Shown here piece after piece: positions 45,281 to 53,040 of a DNA stretch of 64,000 bases. Source of the stretch: Vicinamibacterales bacterium (lineage in GTDB: Bacteria > Acidobacteriota > Vicinamibacteria > Vicinamibacterales > UBA2999); NCBI GenBank assembly GCA_041394705.1, contig JAWKHS010000022.1, positions 17,299 through 81,298 of the forward strand, in the 5' to 3' direction. How positions within the stretch are numbered: the stretch's first letter is position 1; each line of letters opens with the position of its first letter. Under the pieces are notes generated by a model. That model worked only from the letters and a program-made list of their open reading frames with translations, was not told where the DNA came from and did no database searches. The position numbers were made by a program, and so were the translations under genes.

Positions 45281-45405
45281 TGTAGGGGCCGGGGTCACTG
45301 GACGACGGCGGCGCCTCAAGATGTCGTCCCTGCCGCCGATTCCCCCCTTGGACGTCCAGCACCGGCGGTCGATAGGGACCCCGGCCGGTCCTCCACCGAA
45401 CGATC

Positions 45406-46374
45406 ATGGCCGCGATCACGATCGGCGCCCGCCGCCTCGACCTCCGGGACGGCGAGACCGTCCTCGACGGGCTCCTCCGTCACGGCGTCGACGCCATGTA
45501 CTCCTGCCGGAAGGGCACCTGTCACGCGTGCCTCCAGCGGTGCGTCAGCGGCGACGTCCCCGTCCACGCGCAGCGCGGACTGACCGACGCGCAGCGCGCG
45601 AACGGCGACTTCCTGGCGTGTCAGTGCCGGCCGGCCGGCGTGCTTGCCATCGCGGATCCCGAAGAGGAGCCGCGCGTCTTCGCCAAGGTCGTGGCGAACG
45701 ACCGGCTGACGCCCACCGTGGCGCGCCTGCGCGTGGCCCCGGCGCAGCCGATGGCGTACCAGGCCGGACAGTTCCTGACCGTCGCGCGCTCGGAGGACGG
45801 CGTGGGCCGGCAGTACTCCCTGGCCAGTCTCCCCGCCGATCCGTATCTCGAAATGCACGTCCGGCGGCTGGAGCGCGGCCGGTTGAGCCGCTGGCTGTAC
45901 GACGAGGCGGCGCCCGGCACCTGGCTGGAGCTCGGGCCGGCCTCGGGCACGTGCTGCTACACGCCCGGGCAGCCGGACCGGGGGCTCGTCCTGGCGGGCA
46001 CCGGCACCGGGCTCGCGCCGCTGCTCGGCGTGGCGCGCGACGCGCTGTCGCAGGGGCACGAGGGACCGATCCACCTGTTCCACGGCGCCGTCGATCTCGC
46101 CGGGCTGTATTTGCAGGACGACCTCTTCGCCATGAGCTGCGAGTACCCGAACTTCCTGTACCACCCGTCGGTGCTGCAGGGACCGACGACGTTCGGCATC
46201 CCGGTGGCGCCGTTGACGTCGGTCATCGCGCGGGAGGCGCCGCCGCTCGCCGGCTGGCAGGCCTACGTGTGCGGGAACGACGACATCGTGCAGCAGCTGC
46301 GGCTGCACCTGGCGCGTGCCGGCGTGGCCGCCGGCGCCATCCTCAGCGACAGCTTCCTGCCCGCAGCCGCCTAG
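45406..46374 (+). CDS. 2Fe-2S ferredoxin fused to an FAD/NAD(P)H oxidoreductase (ferredoxin-NADP reductase family)
   Basis: The plant-type cluster motif is CRKGTCHAC...C. FAD motif RQYS. NAD(P) motif LAGTGTGLAPL. Confidence 0.9.
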   Translation: MAAITIGARRLDLRDGETVLDGLLRHGVDAMYSCRKGTCHACLQRCVSGDVPVHAQRGLTDAQRANGDFLACQCRPAGVLAIADPEEEPRVFAKVVANDRLTPTVARLRVAPAQPMAYQAGQFLTVARSEDGVGRQYSLASLPADPYLEMHVRRLERGRLSRWLYDEAAPGTWLELGPASGTCCYTPGQPDRGLVLAGTGTGLAPLLGVARDALSQGHEGPIHLFHGAVDLAGLYLQDDLFAMSCEYPNFLYHPSVLQGPTTFGIPVAPLTSVIAREAPPLAGWQAYVCGNDDIVQQLRLHLARAGVAAGAILSDSFLPAAA

Positions 46375-46402
46375 CCTGGCGTTCCGCGCCGGTTGCGGCG
46401 AT

Positions 46403-47101
46403 TTACAACCCCACCGCCAGCGTCGCCGACATCACATGGCTACGCCGGGCGTCGCCGGACGCACTGCGCCAGACGATGTTCACATAGCCCACCTCCAGGC
46501 TGCTGCGGGACGTCAGGGGCCGAGCGACTCCCAGGAAGACGCGATTGCTGTCGAACCCGCGCGAGCCGAGCTTCGTGGAGTTGGCCCGCACGAACAGCTC
46601 CTCCGCGGCCACGGCACGCAGTCCCTGACGGGAGGGAAGGGACCACGTGATGCGCACCTGCTGGCGCACTCTCAGCGCCATCGAGTCCTGCCCCGTGACG
46701 TAGCGTTCCTCCACGCGCGTCTTGAGCGACAGCCACCGACCCGCACCGCCTCGATTCCACAGGTACTGCTGGACGAACCGGTGCTCCCGCAGCGAGCCGC
46801 CGTCGGGAAACCCCCGGCCGTAGGCGTAGCCGATACCGACGGAGGATCGGCCGGCCACGTCCCGCGTGAGCACGACGCGCTCGGCAACGAAGTCGAGCGT
46901 GCCCGCCCCGTTCCGCGCTCGCACGAGCGAGTCCGAGTTCCACCGCCACGGCGAACCGGGGCCGACCCGGCCCTGCATCGCCACCCCCGTCCAGGTCCGC
47001 ACGTCAGGCGGGCTCTGCCCCGCCGCCGGCGCCGCCACGCCCGCGGCGATCACCCATCCGGCGAGCACCGCTGCCGCCCGTCCACCTCGCATGCCAGCCA
47101 T
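46403..47101 (-). CDS. DUF2490-like outer-membrane protein
   Basis: ORF was trimmed to ATG 47101, with GGAAGGAG 6 nt upstream. A signal peptide is present. The family-like segment is REHRFVQQYLWNRGGAGRWLSLKTRVEERY...ALRVRQQVRITW. Confidence 0.75.
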   Translation of the reverse strand: MAGMRGGRAAAVLAGWVIAAGVAAPAAGQSPPDVRTWTGVAMQGRVGPGSPWRWNSDSLVRARNGAGTLDFVAERVVLTRDVAGRSSVGIGYAYGRGFPDGGSLREHRFVQQYLWNRGGAGRWLSLKTRVEERYVTGQDSMALRVRQQVRITWSLPSRQGLRAVAAEELFVRANSTKLGSRGFDSNRVFLGVARPLTSRSSLEVGYVNIVWRSASGDARRSHVMSATLAVGL

Positions 47102-47119
47102 CTGTCGCTCCTTCCGTCG

Positions 47120-47149
47120 TTGCCGTGTGGCGATCCGGATGCGTAGAAT
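47120..47149 (+). promoter_or_regulatory. Sigma70-type promoter candidate TTGCCG-N18-TAGAAT for the wHTH-hydrolase gene
   Basis: The hexamers lie at 47120-47125 and 47144-47149 in the divergent intergenic region. Confidence 0.45.
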
Positions 47150-47240
47150 TGCGCCGGTCCCGGGCCGTCCGGCCATTAGGCGCCACGGCGCGGGGCTGCG
47201 TCCTGAAGCGGGACTGAATCCCTGGTGAAAGAGTTCTGAA

Positions 47241-48485
47241 GTGGCCACTGACGAGGCCGTCTACGAGTTCGGCGCCTTCCGGATGGACGTGCGCGAACGG
47301 CGCCTGCTGCGCGACGGCGCGCCGGTTCCCCTGACGACGAAGGTGTTCGAGACGCTGCGCGCGCTGCTCGAGCGCCCGGGCCGGCTGCTGACGAAGGACG
47401 AACTGATGGGCCGAATCTGGCCCGACACGGTGGTCGAGGAGAACAACCTCAATCACAACATCTCGGTCCTGCGCCGGGCGCTGGGTGCGCACCCGGGCGG
47501 ACAGCCGTTCATCGAGACCGTGCCGCGCGTCGGGTACCGCTTCGTCGCCGAGGTCCGGCGCTTCGGAATCGATGGCGGCACGGATGGACTGGTGGCAGCG
47601 CCGGCGGCCGTCCGCACGCTGCGCCAGGACATTCGCTTCTGCACGTCCAGCGACGGCACGCGGATCGCGTGTTCCACCGTGGGCGCGGGCCCGCCCCTGG
47701 CCAAGGCCGGCAACTGGCTGAGCCACATCGAATACGAGTGGGACAGTCCGGTCTGGCGCCACTGGATTCGCGAGATCGCCCAGCGGCATCAGCTCGTGCG
47801 GTGGGACGAGCGAGGATGCGGCTTGTCGGACTGGAGCGTCGAGGACGTCTCACTCGACGCGTTCGTGCGCGACCAGGAGGCCGTCGTCGACGGCCTGGGC
47901 CTCGAACGCTTCGCGCTCCTGGGCATCTCGCAGGGCGGTGCGGTGGCGGCGGCGTATGCGGCGCGACACCCGGAGCGCGTCAGCCACCTCGTGCTGTGCG
48001 GCGCCTACGCCCGTGGCTGGCGAATTCGGGCCGACCCCGACGAACGCGACGCGCGGACGGCCCTGCTCGACCTCACCCGGCTCGGGTGGGGCCAGAACAA
48101 CCCGGCCTTCCGTCAGCTGTTCACGTCGCGGTTCATCCCCGAGGCGAGCGCCGCCGAGATGGAATGGTTCAACGATCTCCAGCGCGTGTCCGCGACGCCC
48201 GGGAACGCGGCGCGGCTGATGGAGGTGCTGTCCCGCCTGGACGTCGGCTCGGTGCTGCCCGCGATCTCCGTGCCCACGATCGTCTTCCACGCCAGGCACG
48301 ACGGTGTCGTGCCATTCGACGAGGGCCGGCGCCTGGCGGCCGGCATCCGGGGAGCGACCTTCGTGCCGCTCCCGAGCCGCAACCACCTCCTGCTGGAACA
48401 CGAGCCGGCCTGGCCGCTGTTCCTCCGTGAGCTGGGGGCGTTCCTCGGCTGGGACGAGACGGTCGCGGCGACCGGCGGGTCGTAG
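47241..48485 (+). CDS. Winged-helix (OmpR/CadC-type) DNA-binding domain fused to an alpha/beta hydrolase fold
   Basis: Start GTG 47241. The N-terminus YEFGAFRMDVRERRLLRDGAPVPLTTKVFETLRALLERPGRLLTKDELMGRIWPDTVVEENNLNHNISVLRRAL...VPRVGYRF is a trans_reg_C domain. The C-terminal hydrolase fold has GISQGG in the nucleophile-elbow position. Confidence 0.85.
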   Translation: MATDEAVYEFGAFRMDVRERRLLRDGAPVPLTTKVFETLRALLERPGRLLTKDELMGRIWPDTVVEENNLNHNISVLRRALGAHPGGQPFIETVPRVGYRFVAEVRRFGIDGGTDGLVAAPAAVRTLRQDIRFCTSSDGTRIACSTVGAGPPLAKAGNWLSHIEYEWDSPVWRHWIREIAQRHQLVRWDERGCGLSDWSVEDVSLDAFVRDQEAVVDGLGLERFALLGISQGGAVAAAYAARHPERVSHLVLCGAYARGWRIRADPDERDARTALLDLTRLGWGQNNPAFRQLFTSRFIPEASAAEMEWFNDLQRVSATPGNAARLMEVLSRLDVGSVLPAISVPTIVFHARHDGVVPFDEGRRLAAGIRGATFVPLPSRNHLLLEHEPAWPLFLRELGAFLGWDETVAATGGS

Positions 48486-48569
48486 GAGCCTCGGTCGCGG
48501 AGCGCGCGTCCCGCCGGGCGACCGTCGACGCCAACCCAACCACGCGCGGCCCGCCCGCCGATGCGACCC

Positions 48570-50129
48570 TCAGGGCGCGGGCTTCACCGGCGGCGGCATC
48601 GCCTCGCGCGGCAGCTTCTCGTCGCGCATGGCCGCGTGCCAGGCGAAGCTGGCCATCACGACCGCCGCCTGCTGCAGGTCGTCCGCCATGGCGGCCTCGT
48701 ACCCGTCGAGGCTCGTGTGGTGCGTGGCCGATCCGTAATCCAGGGGGTCCTGCAGGAACTGGAAGGCGGGGATGCCCACGGCGTCGAAGATCTCGTGGTC
48801 GGTGCCGCTCGTGTTGCGCGTCGTGAGCGTGGTGGCGCCGAGATAGGCGAAGGGCGCGAGCCACGCCTGGAAGATCGGCCGGACGGCTTCGTTGCCCTGC
48901 AGGAACACGCCGCGGATCTTCCCCGAGCCGTTGTCGAGGTTGAAGTACGCGGCCACCTTCGCCTGATCCGGCAGGAGCGCCTTCGTGTCCGGATCGCCGA
49001 AGTGCTTCTTCACGTAGCCGATGGACCCGAAGAAGGCCTGCTCCTCCCCGCCCCAGAGCGCCATGCGGATCGTGCGCCGCGGCTTCACGCCGATGGCCTT
49101 CAGGATCCGCATCGCTTCGAGGACCACGGCGCTGCCGGCGCCGTTGTCGGTGGCGCCGGTGGCCGCATGCCACGAGTCGAGGTGCGCGCCGAGCATCACC
49201 AGTTCCGATCCGATCTGGGGGTCCGTGCCGGGGATCTCGGCGACCACGTTGTAGCCCTGAAGGTCCGTCCGGTCGAACGACGTCTCCAGGGAGATGTCGA
49301 GCGTGACCGGGATCGTCTTCTCCAGCAGGCGCAGGATGCGGCCGTAGTGTTCCTTCGCGACGACGAAGGCCGGGAACCAGGGTGGGTCGTTCGCCAGGTA
49401 GTAGCCGGGCGAGGCCGCCTCCACCGACAGCCCGTCGCGCACGCTCGGCTCGAGCAGCACGGCGATGCCCTCGTCCTTCAGGAACGCGAGCACGTCCTTC
49501 GTGAGCGCCAGCTCCTTGTCGAACTCGGCCAGCTCCTCCTGGAAGCTGGCGGGACTGCCAGGGTGGAGGACGCCTTCGCGTTCGGTGAGCTGCTCCTGGG
49601 TGAACCGGCGCGCGGGCGCGGTGAACCGCGAGACCGGCGCGCCGGGTCGGTTCAGCAGCACGATGGCGCCCTTGAGCTTCCCCTTGTACTTGGCGATGTC
49701 GTCCTTCCCGGCGATCTCGACGAGCACCGGGGAGCCCGTGACGGTGCCGGGCGTGCTCCGGGTCCACGCCTCTGGATACGCGATGATCCGCGTGTAGCGC
49801 GGCGCGTGCATCTCGATCGAGAAGCGCTGCACCTCCCAGCCGGGACCGAAGGTGCCCCACGGCTCGAGCGCCGCATTCGACAGGCCCCACGTGGCCGCCT
49901 GCGCCTTCACCCACTCGGCTGCCGCGCGGTAGCCCTTGGAGTTGGTCAACCGAGGCCCGTGGACGTCGGACAGCCAGCTCAGGGTGTCCATGACGTGCGA
50001 GTGCTGGAATCCCTCGGTCTTGATGGCGGCGATCGTGCGGTCGTCCACGCGCTCCTGACCCGCGAGCAGGACCGGCATCACAACCGTAGCGGCGCAGACG
50101 AGCACGTACTTCAGGCGGGGGCGATTCAC
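48570..50129 (-). CDS. Secreted M28 family aminopeptidase with a PA domain
   Basis: ORF 48570..51281 was trimmed to GTG 50129, with GGAG 7 nt upstream. A signal peptide is present. The metal-ligand block is LGAHLDSWHAATGATDNGAGSAVVLEAMR...WGGEEQ. Confidence 0.9.
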   Translation of the reverse strand: MNRPRLKYVLVCAATVVMPVLLAGQERVDDRTIAAIKTEGFQHSHVMDTLSWLSDVHGPRLTNSKGYRAAAEWVKAQAATWGLSNAALEPWGTFGPGWEVQRFSIEMHAPRYTRIIAYPEAWTRSTPGTVTGSPVLVEIAGKDDIAKYKGKLKGAIVLLNRPGAPVSRFTAPARRFTQEQLTEREGVLHPGSPASFQEELAEFDKELALTKDVLAFLKDEGIAVLLEPSVRDGLSVEAASPGYYLANDPPWFPAFVVAKEHYGRILRLLEKTIPVTLDISLETSFDRTDLQGYNVVAEIPGTDPQIGSELVMLGAHLDSWHAATGATDNGAGSAVVLEAMRILKAIGVKPRRTIRMALWGGEEQAFFGSIGYVKKHFGDPDTKALLPDQAKVAAYFNLDNGSGKIRGVFLQGNEAVRPIFQAWLAPFAYLGATTLTTRNTSGTDHEIFDAVGIPAFQFLQDPLDYGSATHHTSLDGYEAAMADDLQQAAVVMASFAWHAAMRDEKLPREAMPPPVKPAP

Positions 50130-50152
50130 GATGCGGCTCCTTGTCGTGTGGA

Positions 50153-52477
50153 CTACGCCTGCAGCGCCGCCAGCACCCTCGCCGGCGTCAGCGGCACCCG
50201 GCGCATCCTGATGCCCGTGGCGTCGAACACGGCGTTGGCCACGGCCGCCAGCGCCGGCTTGCACACGGTCTCTCCTGCGCCGTAGTGCGGCAGGTCGCCG
50301 CGCGTGGGGTTCGGGTCGCCGTTCACGATCACGACGTCGAGCCGCTCGGGCACGTCGGCGTGGGTGAAGGTCGGCGAGCTGACCCAGTTCACGGACGTGA
50401 TCTTCTGGCCGTCGTACTTCACCTCTTCGTGGAGCGCGCGGCTCAGCGAGTGCAGGAAGCCGTTCTCCACCGTGCGGGTGAGCGCCTCGGGGTTGATGAC
50501 GAGGCCGCAGTCGTGCGCCACGACGGCCCGCTTCACCCAGACGCGGCCCGTGCGGCGGTCCACTTCCACCTCGACCATCTCGGCCACCACCGTCTGGCTG
50601 CGGTACGAATACGCCACGCCCCGGCCCGTCAGCACGTCGCCGCTCGCCCGGCGTGTGGCCGCCGGCCGGGACTCCCAGCCGAACGTCTCGGCGGCCGCCT
50701 TCAGGCAGGCGATCGACCGCACGCGCTTGTAGCCACTGTCGTCGCCCGTCCCGGCCTCGAGCAGCTGCAGCCGGAAGGCGACCGGGTCGGCCTTCGCCGC
50801 CGCCGCCATCTCGTCGATGAAGCTCTCGGCCGCGAAGGTGACCTGCGGGCCGTCGGGATCGCGCAGGTTGCCCGTGCGAAGCGGCGTCTCCCACACGAGC
50901 GGCAACGGGACGACGGCGCCGGCGTGCCGGCGGTTCGGGACGTGGTAGGCGTCGGTCGGGAACGACGCCCGGCCGCGCGCGGGCTCCGCCTTGCGGCGGC
51001 CCGTGAGCTGCGCGATGAGCACGGTGTCGTGCTCGTTGTAGCCCAGGTGGTTGTGGTCGCCGGACCGCGCGTCGTAGTCGAGGGCGACCAGACGGCCCTG
51101 GGCGTCGAGGCCGCCTCGCATCGTGATGGCGTAGGCGGGTCCCTTCGTGTCCCAGGCGGTCTCTTCCTCGCGGCTCCACTGCACCCGCACGGGCCGGCCG
51201 AGGGTCTTGGCCAGGTACGCCGCCTCGAAGCCGGCATCGTCGGCGGCCGTCCGGCCGTAGGCCTGCGGGCCGTCCATCCACACGACGCGGACCCGGTCGC
51301 GCGGGATGTCCAGGAAGCGGGCCACGCCGTTCCTGAGCCCGTACGACTTCATGTCGTTCGAGTAGATGGTGAGCTGGCCGTCGGAGGGATCCGCCATCGC
51401 GTGCGCGGGACCGAACGCCGTGTGCCCCTGGTACGGCACCTCGTACTGCGCCTCGACCTTCGTCGCCGCGGAGGCCAGCGCCCCGTCCACGTCACCGGTG
51501 GCCTGGGGCTTCTCCACCGAGGCCGGCGTCGTGGATCGGAGGTAGGTGAAGAGGTCGTCGGACTTCGGAAAGGCCGGTCCGGCCGGGGCCTTCCACTCGG
51601 CCTTCAATTGCCGGGCCGCGCGAATGGCCTGTTCCTCGCGCTCGCAGACGACGGCCAGGTAGTTCCCCTCGCGGACGACCTTCACGAAGCCGGGCAGCCC
51701 GCTGACCGACGACTCGTCCACGCCGACCAGGGTGGCGCCGGCCAGCGGCGGCCGGACGTGACGCGCGTGCACCATGCCCGGCTTCTTCACGTCTACGGCC
51801 CACGTCACCGTGCCGTCCACCTTGCCGGGGATGTCGTAGCGCCGGGGCGACGTCCCGACGTGCTTCATGTCGCGCACGCTCTTGAGCGGCGCCTGCCCCG
51901 TCGTCGCGTCGGTGTTCCGGCCCGTGAGCGTGACGTTGAACGTCTTCCCGCCGATGAGATCGCCGTAGGTGACGGTCTTGTCCGACGAGTCGCCGATGCT
52001 GTAGGTCACGACGCCGTCGCTCACCGTGAGCGCCGTCACCGGAACGCCGAAGTGCCGGGACGCCATCTCCAGGAGCACGCGGCGCGCCTCGGCGGCCACG
52101 CGGCGCATGGGGTAGCCGTCGGTCTGGAGCGCGTCGGATCCCCCGGACCCGCCCTGGTCGACGGTCAGGTTCGTGGTGCCCATCACGCACGTGGTCTTCT
52201 CGAACGCGATGTCGAGCTCGTCGGCCATGATCTGGCGGAAGGCCGTGCCCGTCCCCTGCCCGAGGTCGGTCTTGCCGACGAAGAACGTCGCCGTGTTGTC
52301 CGGCCGGATGACGATCCACGAGTCGAGCTGATGGAAGTCCGGGTCCGGATAGGGTCCCGCGGCCTGCGCGGCCCGGGCGAGGACGGCGCTCACGCCGTCG
52401 AGCGGCACGGCGGCCACCGAGGCCACCAGCATGCCGCCGGTCTTGAGGAAGTCGCGGCGGGTGGTCGGGGCCAACAT
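50153..52477 (-). CDS. Molybdopterin-binding subunit of a xanthine dehydrogenase-family oxidoreductase (IorB-like), Tat-exported
   Basis: ORF was trimmed to ATG 52477. Tat motif TRRDFLKTGG. It shows full-length similarity to aldehyde oxidase/isoquinoline oxidoreductase beta subunits. The start overlaps the stop of the 2Fe-2S subunit gene (TGATG). Confidence 0.9.
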   Translation of the reverse strand: MLAPTTRRDFLKTGGMLVASVAAVPLDGVSAVLARAAQAAGPYPDPDFHQLDSWIVIRPDNTATFFVGKTDLGQGTGTAFRQIMADELDIAFEKTTCVMGTTNLTVDQGGSGGSDALQTDGYPMRRVAAEARRVLLEMASRHFGVPVTALTVSDGVVTYSIGDSSDKTVTYGDLIGGKTFNVTLTGRNTDATTGQAPLKSVRDMKHVGTSPRRYDIPGKVDGTVTWAVDVKKPGMVHARHVRPPLAGATLVGVDESSVSGLPGFVKVVREGNYLAVVCEREEQAIRAARQLKAEWKAPAGPAFPKSDDLFTYLRSTTPASVEKPQATGDVDGALASAATKVEAQYEVPYQGHTAFGPAHAMADPSDGQLTIYSNDMKSYGLRNGVARFLDIPRDRVRVVWMDGPQAYGRTAADDAGFEAAYLAKTLGRPVRVQWSREEETAWDTKGPAYAITMRGGLDAQGRLVALDYDARSGDHNHLGYNEHDTVLIAQLTGRRKAEPARGRASFPTDAYHVPNRRHAGAVVPLPLVWETPLRTGNLRDPDGPQVTFAAESFIDEMAAAAKADPVAFRLQLLEAGTGDDSGYKRVRSIACLKAAAETFGWESRPAATRRASGDVLTGRGVAYSYRSQTVVAEMVEVEVDRRTGRVWVKRAVVAHDCGLVINPEALTRTVENGFLHSLSRALHEEVKYDGQKITSVNWVSSPTFTHADVPERLDVVIVNGDPNPTRGDLPHYGAGETVCKPALAAVANAVFDATGIRMRRVPLTPARVLAALQA

Positions 52478-52941
52478 CACGCCATCCTCCGGGCCGCCAG
52501 CTTCACCGCGGCGTTGATGCGGTAGTAGGTCATGCAGCGGCAGAGCGTGTTCTTCATGCCGTCGCGGATCTGGGCGTCCGTGGGGTTCGGCGTCTTGGTG
52601 AGGAGCGCCGCCGCCGTCAGCATCTGGCCGTTCTGGCAGAAGCCGCAGGCCGGCACCTGCTCGTCGATCCACGCCTGCTGCACGGGGTGCAGCACCCCGT
52701 TCTTCGCGAGGCCCTCGAGCGTGGTGATCTCCACGTTCTGGACCTGGCCCACCTGGCGCACGCACGAGCGCACGGCCTCGCCGTTGACGAGCACCGTGCA
52801 GGCCCCGCACTGGCCGAGGCCGCAGCCGAAGCGCGGGCCCGAGAGATCGAGGTCGTTGCGCAGCACGTAGAGCAGGGGCGTCGTGGGGTCGACGTCCACC
52901 GTGTGCCGCGCGCCATTGACGAGCAGGGTGATGGCGGCCAT
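52477..52941 (-). CDS. [2Fe-2S]-binding small subunit of the same oxidoreductase (IorA-like)
   Basis: Cluster motifs are GCGLGQCGACTVLVNG and CGFCQNGQ. Confidence 0.92.
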   Translation of the reverse strand: MAAITLLVNGARHTVDVDPTTPLLYVLRNDLDLSGPRFGCGLGQCGACTVLVNGEAVRSCVRQVGQVQNVEITTLEGLAKNGVLHPVQQAWIDEQVPACGFCQNGQMLTAAALLTKTPNPTDAQIRDGMKNTLCRCMTYYRINAAVKLAARRMA

Positions 52942-53029
52942 CCGGGGATGATACGGCAGCCCACCGCCATCGGGCCGCCCGATCGGACGGTGCGGCGGCG
53001 AGCCTCGGCCGCGGAGGCCACGTCGGCCG

Positions 53030-53035
53030 TAGAAT
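53030..53035 (+). promoter_or_regulatory. -10-like TAGAAT 5 nt upstream of ATG 53041 (leaderless-type arrangement)
   Basis: No Shine-Dalgarno sequence is present, and the predicted TSS coincides with the start codon. No good -35 element was found. Confidence 0.35.
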
Positions 53036-53040
53036 CCTGC

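Noticed and set aside
52687-53040. The N-terminal extension of ORF 52687..54675.
   Set aside because: The extension is antisense to the 2Fe-2S subunit gene. A signal peptide starts at ATG 53041, directly behind a TAGAAT hexamer.
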